DNA from: Planctomycetota bacterium
Lineage (GTDB): Bacteria; Planctomycetota; UBA11346
DNA: 64,000 nt
NCBI GenBank assembly: GCA_023150565.1
Contig: JAKLKR010000001.1
Coordinates: forward strand, 42,180 to 106,179
Direction: 5' to 3'
The position numbers were made by a program, and so were the translations under genes. Positions 39,776 to 49,621 of the stretch are shown in pieces; within the stretch, counting starts at the first letter, position 1, and each line of letters starts with the position of its first letter. The notes under the pieces were generated by a model, which was not told where the DNA came from, did not search any database, and saw only the letters and a list, made by a program, of their open reading frames with translations.

Positions 39776-42009
39776 CCGGTGGGCACCCGCCCTGCTCGTG
39801 CGGAGCGGGACCGCGGCCGGTGGCCGCGGTCGCTCGGGTGCCGTCGCGTCTGATCGCCTTCCCGGTCGCAGCCATGCTCGCCGCCGGGTGCGCGGCTGCA
39901 GAGCCGGCCGCTGGTGCCGACCGGGTGGCGGTCGCCCAGGCCGAACAAGCCGCCGACCGGGCCGCCGCCGCCGGCCGCCCGGCAGACGGCATCGCCGGGC
40001 TCGAGGCCGCGCTGGTGGTGGCGCGGGACCAGGGTTACGAGGCCGCGGTCATCGCCCGCATCCAGGCCCGCCTGACCGAATTGCGCCGGCAGTCGGCTGC
40101 CGCTGCGGCCGCTGCCGATGACCGGGACCGGCACGAATCCCTGGCCACCGCCATCGGCACCGCCGACGAGACCGCCGGGCGTGGGCGCGGGGTGCGTGGC
40201 GAACGCCTGGCACGGGTGCGCGAGGCCCAGGCCCGCGGCCATCTTGAAGCCGCGATGGGCGACTGCCGTCGTCTGGCCGACGATCATCCCGGGGACGAGG
40301 AGATCGAGCGGCTCTATGCCCGCATCCTCGCCGACCTGCATGACCGCCGCCGCCTCGATCATCGCGCGGCACTCGATGAACTGCGCCAGGAGATCGCGCT
40401 GCGCACCGAGATGGACATGCTGCCGATGGGCAGCGATGGCTGGCCGCGCTTCCCCTCCGATTGGCAGGCACGCTCGGCCCGCCGCCAGGAGGCGCGCTCG
40501 TCCGAGGTCCGCCCGGCCTGGCGCGAAGTGCTGGACGACCGTCTGGCCGAACGGGTGTCGCTGTCGGTCGACAACGTCAGCGGGGTCGAGGTCCTGCAGA
40601 ACCTGGCCAGGATGCACCGGTTCAGCCTGGTGATCGATCCGGCGGTGGTGGCGGGCAAGGACGTGGCGGTGACCCTGCGGGTGCCGGCCATGCGCCTCGA
40701 CCACCTGCTGTCGTGGGTGACCCGCTCGATGGGCACCAGCTGGTCGTTGTCCAAGGGTGCGGTGTGGATCGGTGATGGCTCCGAGCAGGAACTGGTGCTG
40801 GGCGTGCATGATGTGGGTGCGCTGCTGTCCCAGGCGGTCGACATGCCCGAACGCCAAGTGTCCCTGACCACCACCGGTGCCAGCGGCGCCAGCCTGTTCA
40901 CCACCCAGCAGGATACCGCCGGCAAGGCGATGACCGCCGAGGAGGTCGCCGATCTGATCAAGGCGGGGGTGGGGGCGGCGCTGTGGGATCGCCCGGGCTA
41001 CGGCATCACCATCCGTGGCCATACCCTGTTGGTGGCGGCGCCGGCCGAGATCCACAAACTCATCGGCGAGTTCATCCGCGCCCAGGAGCGCCAGGCTAAT
41101 CTACAAGTGCGCATCGAGTCGCGCTGGCTCGAGGTGCAGGACCGCTTCATGGAGGAGATCGGCGTCGATTGGACCACCAACCGTTCCCAGACCCCGTTCC
41201 AGGGCGGCTGGGCCGGTCATGGCTTCTACCGCCAGAGCCCCAACGCCCAGACCTCCGCCGATGTCACCAACCTGCTGCCGGCCACCGCCATGGCGATCAA
41301 TCCCGCCATCGGCGGTACCGGCCTGACCCTGGGCACGGTGCTGCTCGACCAGATCCAGGCTTCCGCGGTGCTGGTGGCGGTCGAGCGTTCGAGCAAGGCG
41401 CGGGTGGTCGAAGGTTCCTCGGTGGTCACCCTCAATGGCATCCGCGCCAACATCTTCACCGGCGACCAGGTGGCCTACATCTCGACCTACGAGGTGGTGA
41501 GCGGCAACCTCGACCCCAAGATCCAGACCATCACCACCGGGCTCAACCTGGATGTGCGGCCGATCATCTCCTCCGACCGCCGCTATGTGACCCTGGAGTT
41601 CCGCCCCTCGGTATCGACCCTCAGGTTCTTCACCGAGACGGTCCAGGCGGCGCGCTCGCTCCCTTCCGGTCGGATCAATGTCTTTCTCGGCGATTTCATC
41701 ACTCCCATCGACCCGATCAGACCGCCCCCTGGACTCTTGTACCAGGCGACCTATCCGATCGAACTGCCGCATGTGCAACTGCGCGAGGCGAGCACCACCG
41801 CCACCCTGCCCGACCGCGGCTCGCTGCTGGCCGGTGGCTTCAATTCCTCGCTCGATCAGGCCACCCGCGCCCAGGTGCCTTACCTGGGCAGCATCCCTTG
41901 GCTCGGCCGTCTGTTCGGACGGCGGGGCCGCTATTCGCAGCACGACCGCCTGTTCCTGCTCACGTCCGCCACCATCATCGCCTACGACGAACTGGAGACG
42001 AAACTGTGA
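39772..42009 (+). CDS. Secretin paralog 2 (possible lipoprotein; start may be GTG 39838)
   Basis: GTGA overlap, LAAG-C lipobox-like, QVRIESR, LDVRPIISSDRRYV, ATLPDRGSLLAGG, VPYLGSIPWLGRLF. Confidence 0.88.
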   Translation: MTGGHPPCSCGAGPRPVAAVARVPSRLIAFPVAAMLAAGCAAAEPAAGADRVAVAQAEQAADRAAAAGRPADGIAGLEAALVVARDQGYEAAVIARIQARLTELRRQSAAAAAAADDRDRHESLATAIGTADETAGRGRGVRGERLARVREAQARGHLEAAMGDCRRLADDHPGDEEIERLYARILADLHDRRRLDHRAALDELRQEIALRTEMDMLPMGSDGWPRFPSDWQARSARRQEARSSEVRPAWREVLDDRLAERVSLSVDNVSGVEVLQNLARMHRFSLVIDPAVVAGKDVAVTLRVPAMRLDHLLSWVTRSMGTSWSLSKGAVWIGDGSEQELVLGVHDVGALLSQAVDMPERQVSLTTTGASGASLFTTQQDTAGKAMTAEEVADLIKAGVGAALWDRPGYGITIRGHTLLVAAPAEIHKLIGEFIRAQERQANLQVRIESRWLEVQDRFMEEIGVDWTTNRSQTPFQGGWAGHGFYRQSPNAQTSADVTNLLPATAMAINPAIGGTGLTLGTVLLDQIQASAVLVAVERSSKARVVEGSSVVTLNGIRANIFTGDQVAYISTYEVVSGNLDPKIQTITTGLNLDVRPIISSDRRYVTLEFRPSVSTLRFFTETVQAARSLPSGRINVFLGDFITPIDPIRPPPGLLYQATYPIELPHVQLREASTTATLPDRGSLLAGGFNSSLDQATRAQVPYLGSIPWLGRLFGRRGRYSQHDRLFLLTSATIIAYDELETKL

Positions 42010-44630
42010 CCTCCCCGACGACCCTCCGGCACCCCATCCACCTGCGCGCTCTCACCTTGGGCATGCTTGCGGTCTGCGGCCTGGCCGGCGTCGCCCGTGC
42101 CGAGGAGGCCGGCGGTGCTCCCCAGGACGGAACCCAGCCAGCGGGCGCGGCCACCGAGGCCCAGACCGCCCCTGCGGCGGTAGCGCCGGCCCAGGAAGGC
42201 CCCGGCGCCCAGGCCGCGGCCGAGGAACGCCGGCTTGCTGCCGGCGCCGCCCTCTACCAGGAGGGCGTGCGCGCACGCGACCAGGGGCGCATCGACGAGG
42301 CGCTGCGTGCGCTCACCGCCGCGGTCGAACGCGACTCCGCCAATGCCCTCTACCGCAAGACCCTCGATGGGGTGCGGGCGATGGCCGGCGCCGATGGCGG
42401 CGCGCGCGGGGCGGCGGTCGACCGGGTCACCGACGAACTGATGGTGCGCCAGCAGCAGCTGCTGATCGAGGCCACCGCCAAGCTCGAAGACGCCGAGAAG
42501 CTGATCGCCTCCGGCCGCTACGGCGATGCCGAGCGGGAACTGCAGATGGCACGCGCCCGCCTCGAAGGCCTGCCCTTCGCGGATGGCCGGCGCGAGCAGG
42601 GCCTGCGTCGGGCCGACAGCCTGCTGGCCGAGGCCGCCGCCCGTCGCGCGGCGCAGGATCGCAGCGAGTCCGCCGCCCGTGCCCAGGCCGCCCTCGACCA
42701 GCAGGCCGCCCTGCGCGATATGAGCCTCAAGATCGAACGCGACCGCATCGAGGCGATGATCTCCCGCGCCCAGCGCGCGCGCGATCGCCGCGACTTCGAC
42801 GAGGCGATCCTGCTCTGCGAGCAGGTGCTCAAGCTCAACCGCGCCGAGGACCGCGCCGCCAGCCTGCTGGCCAAGTGCCGCCGCGAGCGCCACGCCTACC
42901 TGCGCCAGATCACCGCCGACCGCTGGGATGAGGAGCATCAGCTGCTCTCGGAGCAGATCCGCACCGCCCTGCTGCCCCAGCTGGAGATCATCAAGTACTC
43001 CAGCGACTGGCCCGAGATCGACTTCCGCCGCACCGCGCCCTCGCGTGCGGGCGCCAAGGACGCCTCCTCGGAGGCCTGGCGCAAGGACATCGACAACAAG
43101 CTGGAACAGGAGGTCTCGCTCGACTTCCAGGACCAGGACCTGGCCGAAGTGGTGGGTTTCCTGCAACAGGTGACCAACGCCAACATCGTGCTCGATCCCC
43201 AGGTGATCGCCGCCAGCCCGCCGCCGATCACCCTGCGCGTCGACAAGATGAAGCTGCGCTACGTGCTCGACTTCATCATGAAGATCACCAGCCTGACCTA
43301 CGCGCTCAAGGACGAGGCGATCTTCATCAGCAGCGCGGCCGGCGTGCGCGGCGACGCGTTCATGAAGATCTACGACATCCGCGACCTCACCCACGCGCCC
43401 AAGAGCTTCCCCGGCCCGGAGATGGACATCCCCCAGCCGGGCGGCACCGGCGCCACCTTGCTGCCGGCGATCGAGGCGGAGCAGCAGCCCGAGGCCAACG
43501 AGTTCATCGACATCATCAAGAAGGTGGTCGCCCCCGACACCTGGCTGCCCGAGAACGGCACCGACATCGGCGAGTTCAACGGCAACATGGTGGTGACCCA
43601 GACCGCCGACGTGCACCGCCTGGTCGAGGAGATGCTGCGCGCCCTGCGCAACCAGAAGGGCACCCAGATCCACGTGAAGTGCAAGTTCCTCAATATCGAG
43701 AACGCCGCGGTCGAGGAGATCGGGGTCAACTGGCGCAACTTCACCGGGCCCATCGGTGGCAGCATCACCGGTGGCCAGCAGCTCGGTCCCGGCACCGCCA
43801 ACAATGGCGGCGGCGTACTGCTGCCGGGCACGGTCAACCCGGTGGGCGCCTACTGGGCCGATCCCGCCAACCAGATCGCCGGCGCCGGCACCCTCAACAA
43901 TCCCTTGCCCGCCTTCACCACCGCGCGCGGCGTCACCACCGGGGTCAACGAAGGCCTGGTGCTGAACACCCAGATGTGGCAGGTGGCCAACAACCTGTAT
44001 GCCTCGGCGGTGATCAACGCGGTCGAGAAGGAACGCAAGGGCAACATCATCCTGGAACCCGATCTGACCATGTTCAACGGTCAGCAGGCGCACCTGGTCC
44101 AGCTCAACCAGCAGTCCTACATCTCGGACTACGACGTGGTCCAGTCGCAGTACCAGCCGGTGATCGCCACCCTTGCCTACGGCACCGTGCTCGACGTGAT
44201 GGCGATCGCCTCGGCCGACAAGAAGTACATCACCCTCACCCTGCGCCCCACCAGCGCGCGGGTCGACAGCTGGCGCCGCTTCGGCCCACCGGTCGGCGCC
44301 GGCACCTTCCCGGGCGGTAACGTCAATCAGGCTGGTTCTGCCATCGGTTCCGGCGGCGCCGGCTTCGGCCTCAACCCCATCCTGGTGCCGGCGATCAAGT
44401 ATGAAGCCGTACGCACCTCGGTCACCATCCCCGATGGCGGCTCGCTGGTGATCGGCGGCATGACCAATGGCGACAGCGAGCGCACCCATGCCGGGGTGCC
44501 CTTCCTCAGCCACATCCCCTTCCTCGGCCGCCTGTTCTCCAGCAACGGCCGCAAGGAGACCCAGCTCCAGACCATGATCGTGGTCCAGGCCGACGTGGTG
44601 CTGTTCGAGGAGATCGAGAAGAACCTCTGA
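42006..44630 (+). CDS. Secretin paralog 3 with N-terminal TPR/coiled coil
   Basis: GTGA overlap, signal peptide, VSLDFQDQDLAEVV, PDLTMFNGQQA, SVTIPDGGSLVIGG, GVPFLSHIPFLGRLF. Confidence 0.9.
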   Translation: MTSPTTLRHPIHLRALTLGMLAVCGLAGVARAEEAGGAPQDGTQPAGAATEAQTAPAAVAPAQEGPGAQAAAEERRLAAGAALYQEGVRARDQGRIDEALRALTAAVERDSANALYRKTLDGVRAMAGADGGARGAAVDRVTDELMVRQQQLLIEATAKLEDAEKLIASGRYGDAERELQMARARLEGLPFADGRREQGLRRADSLLAEAAARRAAQDRSESAARAQAALDQQAALRDMSLKIERDRIEAMISRAQRARDRRDFDEAILLCEQVLKLNRAEDRAASLLAKCRRERHAYLRQITADRWDEEHQLLSEQIRTALLPQLEIIKYSSDWPEIDFRRTAPSRAGAKDASSEAWRKDIDNKLEQEVSLDFQDQDLAEVVGFLQQVTNANIVLDPQVIAASPPPITLRVDKMKLRYVLDFIMKITSLTYALKDEAIFISSAAGVRGDAFMKIYDIRDLTHAPKSFPGPEMDIPQPGGTGATLLPAIEAEQQPEANEFIDIIKKVVAPDTWLPENGTDIGEFNGNMVVTQTADVHRLVEEMLRALRNQKGTQIHVKCKFLNIENAAVEEIGVNWRNFTGPIGGSITGGQQLGPGTANNGGGVLLPGTVNPVGAYWADPANQIAGAGTLNNPLPAFTTARGVTTGVNEGLVLNTQMWQVANNLYASAVINAVEKERKGNIILEPDLTMFNGQQAHLVQLNQQSYISDYDVVQSQYQPVIATLAYGTVLDVMAIASADKKYITLTLRPTSARVDSWRRFGPPVGAGTFPGGNVNQAGSAIGSGGAGFGLNPILVPAIKYEAVRTSVTIPDGGSLVIGGMTNGDSERTHAGVPFLSHIPFLGRLFSSNGRKETQLQTMIVVQADVVLFEEIEKNL

Positions 44631-44707
44631 GGTTCGGCTGATCTCCGAGAGTCGATCGCGGGCGCGCCTTGCCAGGTGCGCCCGCAATCGTTATGCCCTG
44701 GCCCATC

Positions 44708-46195
44708 ATGCGTCCGATCCCCTCCTCGCCCCGCATCCTGTTCTGGGGATGCTGGATCGCCCTGGTCACCACCTCGTTCGGCTTCCTGCTGCGCGTCCTG
44801 CTGATGGACGACTGGGCCCGGCAGTTCCATCTCACCGAGACGCAGAAGGGCGAGTTGTTCGGGGTCGGGTTGTGGCCCTTCGCCATCTCGATCGTGGTGT
44901 TCAGCCTGGTGATCGACCGCATCGGCTACAAGACCGCGATGCTGTTCGGCTTCGCCTGCCATCTCGCCTCGCTGCTCATGACCGTGAACGCCACCAGCTA
45001 CGAGGGCCTCTACTGGGCCAACTTCGTGGTCGCGCTCGGCAACGGCACCGTCGAGGCGTACATCAACCCGGTGGTGGCGACGCAGTTCCGCGAGCAGAAG
45101 ACGGTGTGGCTGAACCGCCTGCATGCCGGCTGGCCGGCCGGCTTCGTGATCGCCGGGCTGCTCGCCCTGCTGCTGGGCTCGGACTGGAGCTGGCAGTCGC
45201 GCATGTGGCTGCTGCTGGCGCCGGCGCTGGCCTATGCCGCCATCCTGCTGTTCCAGGAGTTCCCGGTGAACGAGCGCGTCGCCGCCGGGGTGCCCTACCG
45301 CGCCATGCTCGCCGAGGTGGGCGCGGTGGGCGCGTTCCTCATCACCTGGCTGGTGGCGGCCGAGCTGCTGCGCTCGCTCGCCCTGGGTGCCAACCCGCTC
45401 CTGCACGGTGCGGTGGCGGCGGCGGTGGTGGCGGCGGGGGTGTTCGCGGCGGTGCGCAGCCTCGGCCGGCCGTTCTTCATCCTCATGCTGCTGGTGATGC
45501 TGCCGCTGGCGACCACCGAGCTGGGGGTCGACTCCTGGGTCTCCGACCTGCTCGGGCCGGTGCTGGGCGGCAAGGGCATCTGGGTGCTGCTCTACACCGC
45601 CAGCCTGATGATGGTGCTGCGCTTCTGCGCCGGCGCGGTGGTGCACCGGCTGTCGCCGCTCGGGCTGCTGGCGCTGTGCTCGGCGGTGGCGGCGGCCGGC
45701 CTGGTGGCGCTGTCCTCGGCGGCGGGCGCGGTGGCGGTGTTCGCCGCCGCCACCCTCTATGCCGCCGGCAAGGCCTTCTTCTGGCCGACCATGCTCGGGG
45801 TGGTGGCCGAGCAGTGTCCGCGCGGTGGGGCGCTGACCCTCAATGCCACTGGCGGGGTGGGCATGCTCGGGGTCGGCGTGCTGGGGGCGATGCTGCTGGG
45901 CAACATCCAGGACCGCGGGCTCGACCGTGCCCTCGCCGAGCGTGCGCCCCAGGTCCACCAGGCGGTGATGGTCGAGCAGCAGGGCCTGCTCGGGACCTAT
46001 CGCGCGGTCGATGACCGGCGCCTGGCCGCCGCGCCGCCGGAAGCGGCCCAGGAGGTCGAGCGCACCCGCGCCGAAGTGAAGCGGCAGGCCTTGTTCCAGG
46101 TCGCGGCGCTGCCGCTGCTGATGCTGGCGGTCTACCTCGCCCTGGCCTGGTGGTTCCGCCGGCGCGGCGGCTACCGGCCGGTGGCGGTGGGCTGA
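44708..46195 (+). CDS. MFS transporter
   Basis: DRIGYK loop, GNGTVEAYINP, LHAGWPAG, GKAFFWPTMLGVVAEQCPRGG, ~12 TM segments. Confidence 0.85.
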   Translation: MRPIPSSPRILFWGCWIALVTTSFGFLLRVLLMDDWARQFHLTETQKGELFGVGLWPFAISIVVFSLVIDRIGYKTAMLFGFACHLASLLMTVNATSYEGLYWANFVVALGNGTVEAYINPVVATQFREQKTVWLNRLHAGWPAGFVIAGLLALLLGSDWSWQSRMWLLLAPALAYAAILLFQEFPVNERVAAGVPYRAMLAEVGAVGAFLITWLVAAELLRSLALGANPLLHGAVAAAVVAAGVFAAVRSLGRPFFILMLLVMLPLATTELGVDSWVSDLLGPVLGGKGIWVLLYTASLMMVLRFCAGAVVHRLSPLGLLALCSAVAAAGLVALSSAAGAVAVFAAATLYAAGKAFFWPTMLGVVAEQCPRGGALTLNATGGVGMLGVGVLGAMLLGNIQDRGLDRALAERAPQVHQAVMVEQQGLLGTYRAVDDRRLAAAPPEAAQEVERTRAEVKRQALFQVAALPLLMLAVYLALAWWFRRRGGYRPVAVG

Positions 46196-46200
46196 ACGGA

Positions 46201-46229
46201 AACGGCGGCGGGCATCGCCCGCCGCCGTT
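46201..46229. terminator. Hairpin between convergent genes (probable bidirectional terminator)
   Basis: AACGGCGGCGGGC-ATC-GCCCGCCGCCGTT, perfect 13-bp stem. Confidence 0.65.
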
Positions 46230-46258
46230 GGTCCGCACCCCTTGGGGGGTCCTGGCGC

Positions 46259-47608
46259 CTACTTGATCTCGACGTCGTCGGCCTGGATCTGGGTCTGGAT
46301 GGCGAACGACTCGGTGGCCACCGCCTCGCCGACGTTGCCGGCGGCGTCGACCGCGGTCACCTTGATGCGCGCCTGCTTGGTCTCGACGTTGGGGATCTCG
46401 AAGCGGAAGGCGACGTCGGCCGGCAGCTTGCTGCCCAGCTCCTGCCAGGGCTTGGCGGGATCGGGCTGGAACAACACGGTGACGGTGTTGGGCGAGAGGT
46501 TGGCGTCCTTGACCGAGAACGGCACCTGCACGCGGTCGCCGGGCTTGAAGTCGCGCTTCACCCCGGGGTTGGCCTGGTCGGCGGGCTGGATGCCGATCGC
46601 CGAGGAGAGCTGGATGGTGGGCGCGGTGGTGTCGGCGATGAGCTGGAACTGGTCGTCGGTCTTGCCCTTGGGGATCGAGCTCTTGTTGGCGGCCTTGTCC
46701 TCGGCGACCACCGCCAGGCGGTAGCGGCCGTCGGCAGGGGCCTTCCAGCCCACCTGCTTGTAGTCCTGCACCACCGGGCCCTGGGTCCACGAGCCGCCGT
46801 CGTCCTGGCTGACCCACACCTGGGCGTTGGCCAGGCCGGCCGGGCCCTCGTCCTTGATGTCGAGTTCGAGCGCCACGTCGTGGCGGGCGGCGATCGCCGG
46901 GCCCACCACCTTGCCGCGCGGCTTGATGCTGTCGACGGTGATGCCGGTGGATTCGGCGCCGCCCACGTTGCCGGCCTTGTCGGTGGCCTCGATGCGCAGC
47001 ACCCCGCTGGTGGTCATGTCCTTGGGCACGGTCCATTCATAGGAGCCGTTGTTGGGGATGTTGGCGGCAACCACCTCGCCCTGGCTCTTGCCGTCGCGCG
47101 ACCAGGTGATGGTCACCGGGCCCGAGCGCAGGTAGCGGTCGTTGGCGTCCCAGGTCACGATGTACTTCTGGCCGCCGGCGAGGATGGCCTTGTTGGCGGG
47201 GAACTTCACCGCCACCTGCGGTGCGCTGCGGTCGATGATGAACTCGCCGTGCGGCCTGGTGTCGGCCGCCGGCTCGGACATCGACAGTCCACTGGTGAGG
47301 ATCTTGCGCACGTAGACCTGCCAGTGGCCTTCTGGCGGGGCCCAGGTGATCGGCGCCTCCTTGCTGAAGGCCTGGCCGTGCTTCTGCCAGGCGCCCCAGG
47401 CCTTGCCGTCGAAGCTGCGGTACCACAGCTCGCGCGAGGACACGTCGGGGTCCTGCTTGACGTTGAGGTTGACCTCCTTCTTGGGCCACACCGGCACCTG
47501 GCGGTTGTCGACCGTCTCCTTCTCGTCGGGGAGGACGTCCGCCGCGCAGGCGGTGGCGGCGAGGAGGGCGGCTGACAACGTGGAGGGGAGGGAGCGGAAG
47601 TGGCGCAT
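46259..47608 (-). CDS. Secreted protein with tandem Ig-like domains
   Basis: Signal peptide. Repeated D(R/S/T)xxP ... A(T/E/V)DxA(G/A)N Ig-like units, PNNGSYEWTVP. Confidence 0.7.
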   Translation of the reverse strand: MRHFRSLPSTLSAALLAATACAADVLPDEKETVDNRQVPVWPKKEVNLNVKQDPDVSSRELWYRSFDGKAWGAWQKHGQAFSKEAPITWAPPEGHWQVYVRKILTSGLSMSEPAADTRPHGEFIIDRSAPQVAVKFPANKAILAGGQKYIVTWDANDRYLRSGPVTITWSRDGKSQGEVVAANIPNNGSYEWTVPKDMTTSGVLRIEATDKAGNVGGAESTGITVDSIKPRGKVVGPAIAARHDVALELDIKDEGPAGLANAQVWVSQDDGGSWTQGPVVQDYKQVGWKAPADGRYRLAVVAEDKAANKSSIPKGKTDDQFQLIADTTAPTIQLSSAIGIQPADQANPGVKRDFKPGDRVQVPFSVKDANLSPNTVTVLFQPDPAKPWQELGSKLPADVAFRFEIPNVETKQARIKVTAVDAAGNVGEAVATESFAIQTQIQADDVEIK

Positions 47609-47617
47609 AGCGTTCTC

Positions 47618-48373
47618 TCAGGCGGCCGTGAGGTGCCGGATGGCGGTGCGGAAGAAGCGGACCCCGTCGCCCTCGGGCTTGCGGGCTTCGCGGGTCCAGC
47701 GGGGGTGGTTTTCCCAGCGCAGGAAGCGCTCGGGGTGGGGCATGAGGCCGAAGACGCGGCCGGTGGGGTCGCAGATCCCGGCGACGTCGCCCTGGGAGCC
47801 GTTGGGATTGGTGCCGCCGGAGTAGCGGATCGCCACCTGGCCGGCGGCCTCGAGCCGCGCCAGCAGCGCGGGCGGGGCGGCGAAGCGGCCTTCGGCGTGC
47901 GCCACCGGCAGTTCGACCTCGTCGCGGTCGGCGATCCACTTGCACAGGCGCGGATCGCCGGCGGCGCGCACCCAGCAGTCGCGGTACACGCCCGAGGTGT
48001 TGTCGGTGAGGGTGGCGGTCTGGGCGGTGCCGGCGGCGGCGTCGCTGGGCAGCAGGCCGGATTTGACCAGCACCTGGAAGCCGTTGCAGATGCCGATGGC
48101 GAAGCCGCCACGGGCGACGAAGCCGAGCAGTTCGTCGCGCAGGCGGGTGGTCAGCTCGTTGGCGAAGATGCGCCCGCTGGCGACGTCGTCGCCATAGCTG
48201 AAGCCGCCGGGGATGGCCAGGACCTGGAACTCGCGCAGGAGGGCGGGACGTTCGCGCAGGCGGTTGACATGTAGCACGGTGGGCTTGGCCCCCACCAGCT
48301 CGAACGCGTACGCGGTCTCGACATCGCAGTTGGTGCCTGCAGCGCGCAGCACGCATACCGCCGGTATGGCCAT
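47618..48373 (-). CDS. purQ: Phosphoribosylformylglycinamidine synthase subunit PurQ
   Basis: GTNCD, PGGFSYGD, GICNGFQ, PVAHAEG, NPNGS, MPHPER. Confidence 0.95.
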   Translation of the reverse strand: MAIPAVCVLRAAGTNCDVETAYAFELVGAKPTVLHVNRLRERPALLREFQVLAIPGGFSYGDDVASGRIFANELTTRLRDELLGFVARGGFAIGICNGFQVLVKSGLLPSDAAAGTAQTATLTDNTSGVYRDCWVRAAGDPRLCKWIADRDEVELPVAHAEGRFAAPPALLARLEAAGQVAIRYSGGTNPNGSQGDVAGICDPTGRVFGLMPHPERFLRWENHPRWTREARKPEGDGVRFFRTAIRHLTAA

Positions 48374-48509
48374 CGTTCCTCCGTCCCGCGAGGGACGTCG
48401 GATCAGAACGGTCCCGGGCCACGGGTCAACCTGGGGTACGCGGTCCCTACTTGCGCCCGCGCCCGGCGCGCGCTTCCCTGGCGGGGGCATCGGGCCAGGG
48501 TGCGGCGCC

Positions 48510-49043
48510 ATGGCCGCCCGCCGCGAGGTCGTGACCTCCATCCTGCTGTTCCTGGGCGTGGCCGGCGGCCTCGCCGGGCTCGGCCTTGTGCTGCGCCTGG
48601 CGGTGGGATCGCCGCCGGCGGCGGCGCTGGCGGTGCCGGCGGGCGGCGACGCCGCCTTCCACCTCGACCCCGCCGACCCCCAGCTCGGCCGGCGCGCCTA
48701 CGCCTTCTGCCAGGGCTGCCACCAGCCCGACGGGGCGGGCATCGCCGGCACCTATCCGCCCCTGGCCGGCCATCCCCGCGTGCTGGGATCGGCGGGGGAC
48801 CTCATCCGGGTCACCTTGCACGGCTACGATGCGCGCAGCGGGCTGTGGAACGGCGCCATGCCGGGCTTCGGCGAGCGCCTGGCCGACCACGAGCTGGCGG
48901 GGGCTCTGAGCTGGATCCGCGGCCAGTGGGGCAACCAGGCTGCGGCCGTGACCGCGGCCGAGGTGGCGGCGGTGCGCCGCGCCGAGGCGGCGCGCACCCG
49001 GCCCTGGACCCCGGCCGAGCTGGGCCATCCTGGGCCGCCCTGA
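48510..49043 (+). CDS. Membrane-anchored monoheme cytochrome c
   Basis: N-terminal TM, CQGCH, G.YPPLAG, MPGF axial Met, WIRGQWGN. Confidence 0.88.
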   Translation: MAARREVVTSILLFLGVAGGLAGLGLVLRLAVGSPPAAALAVPAGGDAAFHLDPADPQLGRRAYAFCQGCHQPDGAGIAGTYPPLAGHPRVLGSAGDLIRVTLHGYDARSGLWNGAMPGFGERLADHELAGALSWIRGQWGNQAAAVTAAEVAAVRRAEAARTRPWTPAELGHPGPP

Positions 49044-49621
49044 TGCGCCGCCTTCCCCTCATCGTCACCGTCCTGGTCCTGGCCGCCGCCGGGGTGCTGC
49101 TGGCGCTGGTGGCGCGGCGCGAGCCCGCCCCGGTCGCCGCCCCGGTGCATTTCGCCCTCACCGGCCACCACGGCCGGCCGGTGACCGAGGCCGATCTCGC
49201 CGGCCGGCCGGTGCTGCTCTACTTCGGCTACACCTTCTGCCCCGATGTGTGCCCCACCGAGCTGGGTTACGTCGCGCGCGTGCTGCGCGCCCTCGGCCCC
49301 GAGGCGGCGCAGGTCCAGCCGGTGATGGTCACCATCGATCCCGCGCGCGACACCGCGGCCAAGCTCGCCGACTATGTGCCGCTGTACCATGAGCGCCTGC
49401 TCGGCCTCACCGGCACCCCGGAGCAGGTGGCGGCACTCGCCGACCAGTTCGGGGTGCACTACCAGCGCGCCAACGTGGCCACCGCCAAGCCCGGCTATTA
49501 CCTGATGGACCACACCGCCACCACCTTCCTGCTCGACCGCCAGGGCCGCCTGGCGCTGAAGATCGACAGCCACACCGTGCCGGTGGAAACCGCCGCCGCC
49601 GAGATCCGGAGCCGCCTGTGA
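49043..49621 (+). CDS. SCO1/SenC copper chaperone
   Basis: YFGYTFCPDVCPT, TIDPARDT, LTGT, MDH. Confidence 0.95.
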   Translation: MRRLPLIVTVLVLAAAGVLLALVARREPAPVAAPVHFALTGHHGRPVTEADLAGRPVLLYFGYTFCPDVCPTELGYVARVLRALGPEAAQVQPVMVTIDPARDTAAKLADYVPLYHERLLGLTGTPEQVAALADQFGVHYQRANVATAKPGYYLMDHTATTFLLDRQGRLALKIDSHTVPVETAAAEIRSRL

